DNA from: an uncultured Gemmatimonadales bacterium | GTDB taxonomy: Bacteria; Gemmatimonadota; Gemmatimonadetes; Gemmatimonadales; GWC2-71-9 | Reading direction: 5' to 3' | Assembly: GCA_963821525.1 (NCBI GenBank) | Contig: CAWGED010000005.1 | Location: 960,001 to 1,024,000 of the forward strand | Length of the DNA: 64,000 bases | In this document: piece after piece, positions 13,034 to 24,036 of the stretch | Position numbering within the stretch: position 1 is the first letter of the stretch | Layout: every line of letters begins with the position of its first letter | Program-made: the position numbers and the translations under genes | Notes under the pieces: model-generated | Told to the model about the DNA's origin: nothing | The model's database searches: none | Seen by the model: only the letters and a program-made list of their open reading frames with translations

Positions 13034-14076
13034 AACGTCTTGCCTGTCTTGTCGCCGTCCTTGCAGCCATATCCGCCTGTGCCGATACCACCGCTCCGGC
13101 GCCGCCGGCCACCGAGGTTCTTCTGGTCGTGAACAGCACCGAGGTGAGCCTCAGCGTCGTCCCGGTGGATGACCCCGCCGCGGCAATCACGATCCCGCTC
13201 GGCGGTGTCAGTGCGACACCGGTCAACGTCAGCGCGCTCAACGGCGTTGCGATCGTGCCGATGGGGCTCGACAATGCGGTTGCCGTGGTGGATCTCATCA
13301 CCGGCACCGTGGCCCGCACGATTCCCCTCGAGGCGAATTCCGGCGCCACCGGCTCCGCCATCGTGGACGACTCGATCGCCTACGTGGCGAATCCCAATCT
13401 CAACACGGTCACCAAGGTCAATTATCTGACCGGCGACACCGCGAGCGTGGACGTTGGCGTGTACCCGCAAGGGGTGGTGTACACTCGCGGGCGTATCTTC
13501 GTGATCAACGGCAACCTGGTGAACTTTGCCGTGGCGGGTGAGAGCTGGATTACCGTCATCGATCCCACCACCAATGCGAGGGCTCCTGGCATCGATTCCA
13601 TCCCACTACCGGGGCCGGGCAATGCGGGACTTGGTGCCACGGTGTCTCCGGACGGATTGATCTACGTCATGAATACCGGTGGGTACGCCAGCGCGGACCG
13701 GGGACGCCTCTCGGTCATCGATCCGGTGGACCGTGTCGAGCTGGGCAACTTCGGTGGATTCGGCCGCGCTCCCGGCCCGCTCACCGCGATTACCGGCCGG
13801 GTATACATCAGCTCCTATGACGAAGGGGTCATGACCTTCGATACCCAGAACAGCCGTGTCCTCCACGGAGCGGGAGATGGGGTACCGATTCCGTCGAACT
13901 CCACGGTGCAGGTGGACAGCAAAGGCCGGATCTACGCCCTGGAGACTGGTCCCTGCGCCGGCGGCACGCCGGGAGTCGCCCACGTACTCCGTCAGGATCT
14001 AACCGAAAGCGGAACCATCACGCTGGGTGAATGCCCGGTCGGCGCCACCACGAGCCAGATTCCGCCCTCGCCCTAG
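13030..14076 (+). CDS. Beta-propeller lipoprotein (YncE/BtuG-like)
   Basis: Lipobox ISAC; repeats AYVAN...VTKVN, VGVYPQGV, IFVING, TVIDP; overlaps the TonB receptor stop. Confidence 0.75.
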   Translation: MKRLACLVAVLAAISACADTTAPAPPATEVLLVVNSTEVSLSVVPVDDPAAAITIPLGGVSATPVNVSALNGVAIVPMGLDNAVAVVDLITGTVARTIPLEANSGATGSAIVDDSIAYVANPNLNTVTKVNYLTGDTASVDVGVYPQGVVYTRGRIFVINGNLVNFAVAGESWITVIDPTTNARAPGIDSIPLPGPGNAGLGATVSPDGLIYVMNTGGYASADRGRLSVIDPVDRVELGNFGGFGRAPGPLTAITGRVYISSYDEGVMTFDTQNSRVLHGAGDGVPIPSNSTVQVDSKGRIYALETGPCAGGTPGVAHVLRQDLTESGTITLGECPVGATTSQIPPSP

Positions 14077-14115
14077 CGCGGGCGGGGGCGAGGCATCGGC
14101 TGTTAGTTTCCCTGC

Positions 14116-14878
14116 ATGCCTCTGGTCTCTACTCCCGCCGTGGTGCTTTCGACGATCCGCTACGGCGAGACCTCGAAAATCGTCCGGCTGGCTACCCGGG
14201 ACTACGGCGTGCAGTCGGTGATCGCCAAAGGCGCCCTGCGTCCCCGGAGCCGCTTCGGCGCCGCGATGCAGTTGTTGAGCCTGGGGCAGGCTCACATCAT
14301 CATCTCCGAGCGGCGCGATCTTCAGATCCTGACCGCCTTCGACCTGCAGCGGCTCCATGTCGCCTTGGCGCGGGACATGGACCGCTACGCCGCCGCGTCG
14401 GCGCTCGCCGAAGTGACGATGCGGTTTGCACCTGCAGATCCCCATCCCGAGATCTACCAGTTTCTCCAACTCGCCCTGGCGCAGCTGGAAGAGGCTCCCG
14501 AGCATGAGATCCCGGCGGTGGGGATCAAACTGCTTTGGGGTCTGGCCGGCATTCTTGGCTTCGCGCCTTCGCTCGAGGACTGTGCCCGCGACGGCGCTCC
14601 GGTCGGAGCCGAGGGACCCATGGCATTCAGCGCCGAGGACGGCGGCGCTCTTTGCGCCCGTTGTGCCGGAGAGACGACAGTCTGCCCGGCTCCCCGTATC
14701 GGATCGTGCGGACCTCGAGGTTCTGCTCTCGGACGAGGACGCCGTACCCAGCCTCGATGAACGCCACGCCGCCGCCCACCGCAGGCTGGTAACCCGATAC
14801 ATCAGGTATCACCTCGGCGAAGGTGCCGAGTTGCCCGGCCTCGAGTTCTGGTGTGCCCGGAGCTGGAGCGCCGCATGA
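14116..14878 (+). CDS. recO: DNA repair protein RecO (frameshift near 14680)
   Basis: YGETSKIVRLATRDYG..SVIAKGA.RPRSRFG; CARDG...CARC zinc site. Confidence 0.9.
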
Positions 14879-16714
14879 TATCGGAACCGCTGGGCACATC
14901 GATCACGGCAAGACTACCCTGCTCGAAGCGCTCACCGGGCGCCGCATGGATCCTCTCGCGGAAGAACAGCGGCGTGGCATCACCCTCGACCTTCACTTCA
15001 CATCACTCGACCTGGGCGACGGAATCACCGCCGGGGTAGTGGATGTCCCAGGCCACGAGGATCTGGTGCGCACCATGGTTGCCGGCGCGGCCGGGATCGA
15101 CCTCGTCCTGCTCGTGGTAGCGGCGGATGAGGGCATCATGCCCCAGACCAGGGAACACCTGGCGGTCGTCCAACAACTCGGCATTCCAGCCGGCATTCCA
15201 GTGATCACCAAGGTGGATACGGTCGAACGCGAGTGGGCCGAGATGGTGGCACTCGAGGTGAGCGAGTGGCTTTCGGAGGGCCCGGTCTCCTTTTCTTCAC
15301 CGATACTTGTTTCGGCGACTCGTGGGTGATGGCATCACCGAGTTGCGCGAGCGGATCAGAGGAACTCGCGAAGGGTCTCCCGTCGCGTCCACTCGATGAC
15401 CTGTTTCGCCTTCCGATCGATCGCGCGCTCTCGGTTGCCGGTGTGGGAACCGTTGTGACAGGGACCGCATGGTCGGGGAGCCTCGCCCGGGGTGAGACGG
15501 TGCGCGTCCTTCCCTCCGGCCGTGTAGGCCGAGTGCGGACCATCCAGAACCACGGCAGCGATCTCGAGCGAAGCGTCCCGGGCGCCCGCACGGCGGTCGG
15601 CATTGCGGGAATCGAGCGCGAAGACATTCACCGGGGCGACGTGCTGGTCCGGGAAAATGAACCCTGGGCCGCGACGACAGTACTCGATGCCGTGGTGACC
15701 TTGATCCCGTCCGCGCCACGCCAACTCTCCCACCGTGGCAGGGTGCGGGTCCATCTGGGGTCTGCCGAGGTTCTGGCAAGGGTGCGTCTCAAGTCTCCCT
15801 TAGCTCCCGGGGCAAACGGGTGCGATTCGCCTGTTGCTGGAAACGCCCACGGTGGCGCGGGGAGGAGACCGGTTCGTGTTGCGCAGCTACAGTCCGGTGG
15901 AGACGATTGGAGGTGGATGGGTCACCGACCCTGATCCTCCCCGCCGCTCTTCGGCGCTCGAGCCCGGCCTGACGGAGCAGGACCCTGCGCGACGCGGGGA
16001 GGCGCTCGTGAGACGCAGGCCCGCCGGTCTCGAGAGTGGGCGACTTCCGCTCCTTCTTGGCATTACATCCGGCGCCTCCGGCCAGGTGGCGATCACGGGT
16101 GCGGCCCGGCTCCCGTCCAATTGGATCGTGCCGGAGGACCAACTCGAGCTGGTTCAGTCACAGTTGATGACTGCGGTCGCGAACTACCAACGCGGGCATC
16201 CTGCGGAGCAGGGAGCCCCTCAGGAAACGTTACGCCACGGCGTCCGGCAACCGCCGCACCTGGTGGATGCGGCGCTGCAACGGCTGGTGGCAGCGAAACG
16301 ACTCGTGGCCGCGGAGGGGTTCGTTCACACCCCCGACTTCAAGCCCGGAGTCGAGGGCGGGTCCGCCCTCATCGGTCGCCTGGTCGAGCTGGTACGAGCC
16401 GGAGGGTTGACCCCGCCGGATCTCGCCGAGTTGGAGCAAGCCGCCGGGGCGAAGGGGGTGCGGGACGCCCTGCGTCTCGCCGCGCGGAGCGGTGCGATCT
16501 CTCAAGTGGAGCCGGAGCGATACTACTCGGCGGAAGCTCTGGGACAGTTTCGCGCGGCCCTGCTTGAGCTCGGCTCCAAGGGTCCGATTACGCCACCGGC
16601 CCTCCGGGAGCGTCTGGGCCTGAGCCGGAAATACCTGATCCCCTTATTGGAGTGGGCTGATCGCGAACGAGTCACCGTCCGCTCGGGGACGCCCGCCGGC
16701 TGGTGGGCCAGTGA
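14875..16714 (+). CDS. selB: Selenocysteine-specific elongation factor (several frameshifts)
   Basis: GTAGHIDHGKT, EEQRRGITLDL, DVPGHEDLVRTM, FRLPIDR, GDRFVLRSYSP, C-terminal GLSRKYLIPLLEW winged helix. Confidence 0.92.
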
Positions 16715-16778
16715 GCCCGCCTTGCCTGCGGTCTCCCAGCCGGACATTTTTGCCTGTAAAGCAATGATGAGGTGACCC

Positions 16779-17198
16779 ATGGTCAGTTTGCGCTGGCCGG
16801 GGTGGAGCCTTGCAATCCTGGCGCTGGCAACTAGTCCAATAGCCGCCCAGGAGCGCGGCCCACCGCCGCCCATAGAGCTGCGTGACAATTTCCCAAATCC
16901 CTTTTTCCCTTCGACGACGATTCCGTTCGTCATTCATCCCGAAGTCTGTGAGCGAGGCCATCAGCCCCTGGTTAGTCTGAAGATCTACAACGTGCTGGTG
17001 CAGGCAGTGGCAGTACCGGTCTTACACAATCTGAACGGAGAACCAATAAACGATATCCATCTGAGCTGCGGGGCTTATGAGGCCTTTTGGGACGGGAAGT
17101 TTGCTGATGGCAAGCGTGAAGTGACGCCCGGGGTCTACTACGCACAGCTCTCGGTGGATGGCCAGAGGTTTACGCTAAAGCTGATCGCGAGGAAGTAG
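16779..17198 (+). CDS. Secreted protein made almost entirely of a FlgD-Ig/T9SS-sorting-like domain
   Basis: Signal peptide; NFPNPFFPSTTIPF, VSLKIYNVL, WDGK, GVYY motifs. Confidence 0.65.
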   Translation: MVSLRWPGWSLAILALATSPIAAQERGPPPPIELRDNFPNPFFPSTTIPFVIHPEVCERGHQPLVSLKIYNVLVQAVAVPVLHNLNGEPINDIHLSCGAYEAFWDGKFADGKREVTPGVYYAQLSVDGQRFTLKLIARK

Positions 17199-17388
17199 CG
17201 GACGGGCGGACGAAAAGCGCGGACAAAAAGAGCGGACCGGCGGACGGACGGGCGAGGACGGACACACAGCGCGGCACGGCAGCGGAGGGTGGGCTTAGTC
17301 GTCGGCCAGCCCGGTCTCCGCCGCGGCCCTGGTCCGCTCAGTTAGTCCGCCGGTCCGCTCAGTTGGTCCGCTCCGTTCGCCCGCCCTG
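17199..17388. repeat. Inverted GCGGAC/GTCCGC micro-repeat element
   Basis: Left arm has many (G)CGGAC copies; right arm has many GTCCGC copies; intergenic before clpB. Confidence 0.7.
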
Positions 17389-17454
17389 TCAATTCGGCAG
17401 GGAAATCGGGTACACCGCTTGCGATCGCGGGGCCCGATAGAGAAAATCCCCCAA

Positions 17455-20086
17455 ATGATCCGACCTGAACGTCTGACCATGAAGGCCCAGGAGGCCTTCC
17501 GCGATGCCGGCGAGGATGCGCGCCGGCGGGGAAACCCCGTGTCAACGACGCCCATCTGCTGGCCGCGCTGCTGCCAGGATGAGGGGTCGTGCAGCCCTGC
17601 TCCAGAAGGCGGGGGTGAACGTCACGGCGCTGCGGGAGGAGGTCGAGCGGGAACTGGCCGGTTCCCACCGCAGGCCGGGGCGACCGCCGAGCCGACCCTG
17701 AGCCGGGAGCTCACCCGGGTCTTCGATCGCGCCGAGAAGGAGGCCAAGACGCTCGACGACGCCTACGTCTCGACCGAGCACCTGCTCCTGGCGCTGGTCG
17801 ATGAGAAGGGCACCACGGCCCGCGCGCTGCTCAGCGCGCAGGGGGTCACGGCCGAGGACGCTGCGGGACGCGCTCGAGGGGGTGCGGGGCGCCCACCGGG
17901 TGACCGACCAGTCCCCCGAGGAGAAGTACCAGTCGCTGGAGCGCTTCACGCGGAACCTCACCGAGCAGGCCCGCAAGGGAAAGCTGGATCCCGTCATCGG
18001 TCGTGACGAGGAGGTGCGCCGGGTGATGCAGGTGCTTTCCCGCCGCACCAAGAACAATCCGGTCCTGATCGGCGAGCCCGGCGTCGGCAAGACCGCGATC
18101 GTCGAAGGGCTGGCCCAGCGCATCGTCAACGGGGACGTGCCGGAGTCGCTGCGCAGCAAGCAGATCGTGGCGCTCGACATCGGCCTGCTGCTGGCCGGCG
18201 CCAAGTATCGTGGCGAATTCGAGGAGCGGCTCAAGTCGGTGGTCAAGGAGCTGACCGAGACCGAGGGGCGGTACATCGTCTTCATCGACGAGCTGCACAC
18301 GATCGTGGGCGCGGGGGCGGCGGAGGGGGCGGTGGATGCGAGCAACCTGCTCAAGCCGGCGCTCGCCCGGGGCGAGCTGCACGTGATCGGTGCCACCACG
18401 CTCGACGAATACCGGAAGCACGTCGAGAAGGATGCCGCGCTCGAGCGCCGCTTCCAGCCGGTCCTGGTCGGCGAGACCGAGCGTCGCGGACACCATCGCC
18501 ATTCTCCGCGGCCTCAAGGAGAAGTACGAGGTCCACCACGGCGTCCGGATCACCGACAACGCGCTGGTGGCCGCCGCGACGCTCTCGGACCGCTACATCG
18601 GCGACCGGTTCCTGCCCGACAAGGCGATCGATCTGGTGGACGAGGCGGCGAGCCGGCTGCGGATCGAGATCGACAGCGCTGCCCCAGGAGATCGACGAAG
18701 TCGAGCGCCGGATGGTGCAGCTCGAGATCGAGCGCCAGGCGTTGCTGAAGGAGAAGGACAAGGCCGCCGAAGAGCGCCGTCGAGCAGCGGTCGAGCAGGA
18801 GATCTGCGCGAGCTGCGCGAGAAGAGCGCGGGGATGAAGGCGCAGTGGCAGGCGGAGAAGAGCGCCATTCAGGAGATCCAGGCCGGAAGGCGGAACTGGA
18901 AACGTTGCGCACGGAAGTGGATCTGGCCACCCGGCGGGGAGACCTGCAGAAGGCGGCCGAGCTGCAGTACGGCCGCATTCCCGAGCTGGAGCGAGATCGG
19001 GGCCAGGACGAAGCCGCCTGCAGGAGGTGCAGCGGAAGGCCCGCTATCTCAAGGAGGAAGTGGACGCGGAGGATATCGCGGAGATCGTCGCCAAGTGGAC
19101 CGGCATTCCGGTGACCAAGATGCTGGAGTCGCGAGCGCGAGCGGCTGACCCGGCTGGAGGCAGGAGCTGCGCCGCCGCGTGGTCGGGCCAGGAGGCGGCG
19201 GTCAGCGCAGTGGCCAACGCGGTGCGGCGGAGCCGGGCGGGCCTGGGCAGATCCGAACCGGCCGACCGGCTCGTTCATCTTCCTCGGCCCCACCGGGGTC
19301 GGCAAGACGGAGACCGCGCGCGCCCTCGCCGAGTTCCTGTTCGACGACGAGCGCGCCATGGTGCGCCTGGACATGTCGGAGTACATGGAGAAGCATGCGG
19401 TGGCCCGGATGATCGGCGCGCCGCCCGGATATATCGGGTACGAAGAGGGGGGTCAGCTCACCGAGGCGGTGCGGCGCCGGCCCTACAGCGTCGTGCTGTT
19501 CGACGAGATCGAAAAGGCGCACCCCGACGTCTTCAACGTGCTGCTGCAGATCCTGGACGACGGGCGGCTCACCGACAGCCAGGGCCGGGTGGTGGACTTC
19601 CGGAACACGGTCATCATCATGACGTCGAATCTCGGGGGCCACCTCATCGTCGAGGCGGGCGATGTGCCGATGCGACGGCCTGGTCGCGGTCGAGCGGAGC
19701 GTGCTGGAGCGAGCTGCGGCAACACTTCCGGCCGGAGTTCCTCAACCGGGTCGACGAGATCATCGTCTTCCGCCCGCTGACCCGGGAGGATCTGGCGCAG
19801 ATCGTGGATCTGCAACTGACCGGGCTGGAGCGCTTGCTGGCGCAGCGGAAGATCGGGCTGGACGTGACGCCCGAGGCGCGGGAGCTGCTGGCGCATCCAG
19901 GGGTACGATCCGGTGTACGGCGCGCGGCCGCTCAAGCGGGTGATTCAGCGCCGGCTGCAGAATCCGATCGCCCTGGAGCTGCTCGAGGGCGACTATCCCG
20001 AGGGAGACACGATCATGGTGGATGTGCAGGGCGGAGCGCTCCGGTTCACCCGCAAGGGCCGGGCACCCGAGGCAGCGAGTGCGTGA
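17455..20086 (+). CDS. clpB: ATP-dependent chaperone ClpB (many frameshifts)
   Basis: [52 protein letters not shown] middle domain, [20 protein letters not shown]. Confidence 0.95.
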
Positions 20087-20554
20087 GTGGCCGCTCCGGC
20101 CGAAGATCGTGCCGGGCTGGAGCGGCGCTCGCCTGGCCGGGGCGGCGGTGCGCAGGAGGTGCCGGTCGGCGCTGTTATAGTGCCGGAGGGAGTGATTCTC
20201 GGCGAGGCTCACAACGAAACGGTCGCTCGGCGGGATCCGACCGCCCATGCCGAGTTTCTCGCGATTCAGCGCGCCCTCTCCCACACGGGCGAGGATCGTC
20301 TTCCCGGCGCCACGCTCTACATCACGCTTGAACCTTGCGCCCAGTGCGCCGGCGCCATCGTGCTCGCGAAGGTGGGTCGCGTGGTCTTCGGGGCGTGGGA
20401 CGAACGGGCCGGAATGGCGGGATCGGTCGACGACCTGCTGCGACATCCCAGGCTCAATCATCGGCCCGAGGTGAGGGGTGGAGTGATGGAGGAGGAATGC
20501 GGCGCGTTGCTGCGGCACTTCTTCGAACAGCAGCGTCGCGCTACCCCTGACTGA
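20087..20554 (+). CDS. tadA: tRNA adenosine(34) deaminase (N-terminus frameshifted)
   Basis: EVPVGAV, DPTAHAE, TLEPCAQCAGA, LNHRPEVRGG. Confidence 0.9.
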   Translation: MAAPAEDRAGLERRSPGRGGGAQEVPVGAVIVPEGVILGEAHNETVARRDPTAHAEFLAIQRALSHTGEDRLPGATLYITLEPCAQCAGAIVLAKVGRVVFGAWDERAGMAGSVDDLLRHPRLNHRPEVRGGVMEEECGALLRHFFEQQRRATPD

Positions 20555-20561
20555 AGGGTTC

Positions 20562-20598
20562 CGTCATTGCGAGCCAGCGAAGCTGGCGAAGCAATCCC
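20562..20598 (+). repeat. REP-like short palindrome (GTCATTGCGAG...GAAGCAATC), single copy
   Basis: GTCATTGCGAGCCAGCGAAGCTGGCGAAGCAATCC: inner GCCAGC-GAA-GCTGGC hairpin inside ATTGC/GCAAT, between convergent genes. Confidence 0.5.
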
Positions 20599-20721
20599 AC
20601 CCGCCATCCATACCACGAAAAACGGAGGGAGGCGGCCCTGCACCAAGCTGTCAGAAGCAGTAGCCACCATCCCTCCGTCTATGGCGGCCGACCGCGCCCG
20701 TCATGCTTGCCCGAATTCGCC

Positions 20722-21240
20722 TTACGGCTTCGGCGCCGTCGTATCGCGCGCCGCCGGCGATGTCGTCTGACCCGAAGGCTCGAGCTTACCGCAGGCGATG
20801 ACCGCCCTGTCCGACTTCGACTTCAGGACGCTCACCGAATACTCTCCTCCCGCTTTGGGCTGGAAGGGAACATTGGCCCGTGCGGTACCACGGCCTTCGG
20901 CGTCCACCTTGATGGGCGGATAGGTGCCCTCGACCGACATCGCCTCGGTGCCGCAGCGGCCGGAGCCGATCTTCCAGGGATACTCACCCGGTGTGGCGCC
21001 GTTGATCGAGATGGCGGCCCACGATCCTCCGGTCGCCTTCGCGGTATCACCCGGCACCTTGGTGGTGTCCGGTTTCTGCATGCTCGGCGCAGCCGCATCG
21101 CTGACGTCTACCGTCGCCGTCCCGGTAATATTCGACCCACCGACCGAGCTGAGAGTCGCCATCCAGGTTGTGTTGAACGGCGTAGCCAGAGCCCATAGAA
21201 CACCGGCTCCGGCACAGAGCGTGAGTTTGCGTACCAACAT
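20722..21240 (-). CDS. Secreted Cu/Zn-SOD-fold-like protein, paralog 1 (no metal His)
   Basis: Signal peptide; YPWKIGSGRCG...YSVSVLKS...VIACGKL; paralog of the next two genes. Confidence 0.65.
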   Translation of the reverse strand: MLVRKLTLCAGAGVLWALATPFNTTWMATLSSVGGSNITGTATVDVSDAAAPSMQKPDTTKVPGDTAKATGGSWAAISINGATPGEYPWKIGSGRCGTEAMSVEGTYPPIKVDAEGRGTARANVPFQPKAGGEYSVSVLKSKSDRAVIACGKLEPSGQTTSPAARDTTAPKP

Positions 21241-21291
21241 GTGCTTCTCCGGCTGAGATGAGAGTCCCGTCAGGCCTTCCTGGCTACCCGC

Positions 21292-21832
21292 TTACGGCTT
21301 GGGTGCAGTCGTATCGCGCGGGGGCATTCTGCATCTGCTCGCCGCCGCCCTTCAGATCGCCGCAGGAAATGACGGCCTTGTCCGTCATGGACTTGTGCAC
21401 GTTCACCGAATAGTCGGTGCCGGGCGTCGGCTTGAAGCTGATGCTGGCCTGGGAAGTGCCCTTGCCATCCGCCGAGACCTTGATCGGTTTATACGGGCTT
21501 TCGCCGCCAACCGGGGGCCCTGCCGAGCCACACTTGCCCGTGTGTACATGCCAGGGATACTCGCCTTCTTTCGCTCCACTGATCGTGACGCTCGCCTTAG
21601 CGGTCTCGCCAGCGGGGGCCGGAGCGGCCTTCTTGGCGGAATCGTAGGCGCCCGCAGGCGGAGCCTGATCGGGTTTGGCCATGCCGGCGTCCGGAACGTC
21701 AACCGTCGCTGTCCCGCTGACGGCCGAGCCGCCGACGGGCGAGAGGGTGGCCGTCCAGCTGGTGGCGATGGGCTTGGCCAGCACGAACAGGAGTCCTACA
21801 CCTGCGCATAGCGTGAGTTTGCGTGACAGCAT
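21292..21832 (-). CDS. Secreted Cu/Zn-SOD-fold-like protein, paralog 2 (HxH retained; 1-nt indel near C-terminus)
   Basis: YPWHVHTGKCG...YSVNVHKS...VISCGDL; shares the RDTTAPKP-stop DNA with its neighbours. Confidence 0.7.
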
Positions 21833-22019
21833 TTTCCTTCCTCCTACTGAGATTCTACGTTCACCTCAGGCACACACTCCGGGATTTACGCCTTCCTGGC
21901 CTGATGGGGCGGTGGCGGAGGAATGCGGCGCCTGCTCCTGCATTGCTTGAGCGCCGGCGTCACAAACCTCCGCCTGACATGAAGCGCGGGAGCGCCCCGC
22001 TCCCGGTCCTGCTACGCGC

Positions 22020-22553
22020 TTACGGCTTGGGTGCAGTCGTATCGCGCGGGGGCATCTGCATCTGGTCGCCACCACCCTGCAGATCGCCGCAGGAGATGAC
22101 TGCCTTGTCCTTGTTCTGCACGTTCACCGAATAGTCGGTGCCGGGCGTCGGCTTGAAGCCGATGTTGGCCTGCGCCGTGCCCTTGCCATCCGCCGAGACC
22201 TTGATCGGTGAATAGGCGCTCTCGGACCCTACGGCCGGCCCATTCGAGCCGCACTTGCCCGAGGTCACACGCCAGGGATACTCCCCTTCTTTCGCTCCAC
22301 TGATCGTGATGCTGGCGCGAGCCGATTCGCCGCCGGGGGCCGGAGTGGCCTTCTTGGCGGAATCGTAGGCGCCCGCAGGCGGAGCCTGATCGGGCTTGGC
22401 CATGCCGGCGTCTGGAACGTCAACCGTCGCCGTCCCGCTGACGGCCGAGCCGCCGACGGGGGAGAGGGTGGCCGTCCAGCTGGTAGCGATGGGCTTGGCC
22501 AGCGCGAACAGGAGTCCTACTCCTGCGCACAGCGTGAGTTTGCGTGACAGCAT
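22020..22553 (-). CDS. Secreted Cu/Zn-SOD-fold-like protein, paralog 3 (no metal His)
   Basis: Nearly identical N-half to paralog 2; YPWRVTSGKCG...YSVNVQNK...VISCGDL. Confidence 0.65.
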   Translation of the reverse strand: MLSRKLTLCAGVGLLFALAKPIATSWTATLSPVGGSAVSGTATVDVPDAGMAKPDQAPPAGAYDSAKKATPAPGGESARASITISGAKEGEYPWRVTSGKCGSNGPAVGSESAYSPIKVSADGKGTAQANIGFKPTPGTDYSVNVQNKDKAVISCGDLQGGGDQMQMPPRDTTAPKP

Positions 22554-22742
22554 TTTGCCTTCCTCCTGCTAGAGTATGGATCTGGAAGTCGAAGACTCCC
22601 GGTTCATGTCGTGGCGCGGGATCTGGTTCCGGCGGCCCCGCACCACCATTCCTGCCTGCCGCCGTAAGTGCCTGAGTACGAGTCGTACTCCTTCCTTGCC
22701 TCCGGCCGCCTGAAGGCGGCGGCGTCTTGCAGCGCCGGCCAC

Positions 22743-23174
22743 TCAGGCACTGGCGCTATCCTCCTCGGCGGGCATTGCCCGCAGCGAGCGTCCACCGACA
22801 CCACGGCGCCGGAACTGCTCGGCGAGACGAGTGTATTCGGTGCGGATCTTCTCCTGGGCATCCTCGTCCAGCTCCTCCAGGTCGAGCAACAGATTGCGCG
22901 CAGCGGGGAGCACCCGAATCAACTCGTCGAGCTTGATCTGGAGCGCCATCGTGTCCCGGTTCTGGGTGTTCTGAATCAGGAACACCATGAGGAACGTGAT
23001 GATCGTGGTTCCGGTGTTGATGACCAGCTGCCAGGTATCGCTGAACCCGAACAGCGGCCCGGTCACCGCCCAAATCAGCACGATGGTGACCGCGATACCG
23101 AATGCCACAGGCCGCCCAGTCCAGCGGGCGCCGTGTTTGGCGAATCGTCCAAACCACGTGTCGTTATCCGTCAT
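22743..23174 (-). CDS. Low-affinity iron permease (Fet4-like) family protein
   Basis: FSDTWQLVINTGTTIITFLMVFLIQNTQNRD..ALQIKLDELI signature. Confidence 0.88.
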   Translation of the reverse strand: MTDNDTWFGRFAKHGARWTGRPVAFGIAVTIVLIWAVTGPLFGFSDTWQLVINTGTTIITFLMVFLIQNTQNRDTMALQIKLDELIRVLPAARNLLLDLEELDEDAQEKIRTEYTRLAEQFRRRGVGGRSLRAMPAEEDSASA

Positions 23175-23216
23175 GGAATCCTCGGTGCCAGGAACCGGTT
23201 CCACCCGATTGCCGTC

Positions 23217-23444
23217 TTATCGACCCGCCTTGATGTCACGCTCCGTTTGATACTGCTCCCGAAATTCCTTCACCTGACGCTCGGCCTCTTCCTTGGCCTC
23301 ACCGTAATGAGTCTGGATCAAGCCGGTCAGGCGATCCCAGTTACCGCTCACGATGTCGAGCTGATCGTCGGTCAGCTGACCCCAACGCTGTTTGATCTTC
23401 CCTTTGAGTTGCTTCCAGGTGCCTTCGATCTGGTCCGAATTCAT
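23217..23444 (-). CDS. CsbD family general stress protein
   Basis: MNSDQIEGTWKQLKGKIKQRWGQLTDDQL...G.IQ.HYG. Confidence 0.9.
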   Translation of the reverse strand: MNSDQIEGTWKQLKGKIKQRWGQLTDDQLDIVSGNWDRLTGLIQTHYGEAKEEAERQVKEFREQYQTERDIKAGR

Positions 23445-23546
23445 GCAATCGACTCCCTTCAAAGGATCACGGTGGATGTCCACCGATGTAATGCATTTGT
23501 TAACTGGCCAGACAAATGAAATGGCGCGAACCCGTCCACCGACGGA

Positions 23547-23597
23547 ATCCGCGCCTTCGACTGAAGGGGCCAACTCCCCTTCCGACCAGGCGGCTTG
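23547..23597. repeat. Structured 50-bp repeat, copy 1
   Basis: ATCCGCGCCTTCGACTGAAGGGG-CCAACT-CCCCTTCCGACCAGGCGGCTTG; matches 24037-24086. Confidence 0.85.
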
Positions 23598-24036
23598 GCC
23601 CGATGCCAAGCCATCATTGTTCCAACGTTGACAGTTTACCAAGCGGCGTGATCACTCGAAGTGCCGAGGATCACATTTATTTCACGACTTTACTCCGCAC
23701 CCCGCATAGCCTCGGCGTTGATGCGCCGTTCGGCGCCGTACAATTCACATGGCGAGCCGCGTCATGCGTCGCAGAGTCCAAGCGCGTCTCGGACCGAGCG
23801 ATGGGAGTCTAGGACGTCGGCGTGGATGACTCCTTCGTCCTGCAGCGACGATCATATCCGGCACGAAGCAAGACTGCGATCACTGACTGCGAGCAGTTCA
23901 TTCCTGAGCGAACACCGCAGCCATGATCGCCAAGACCAGGAACGCCAGTGCAGTACGAAACACGAGACCTCCAGAAGCGCCTGAGCGCCAAGAGGTTGAA
24001 AACACTGAAGGCGCGGGCGACCCCAACAGGGCCAGC

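Noticed and set aside
15327..15329. TGA in selB as a selenocysteine codon
   Set aside because: Removing one G from the preceding run restores ATRGDGITELRERI, so it is an indel
17455..20086. clpB (also ptsI, selB, recO, btuD) as pseudogenes or programmed frameshifts
   Set aside because: Motifs are intact across frames, breaks are scattered 1-nt indels often in G/C runs, and no slippery-site pattern is evident; sequencing error is more likely
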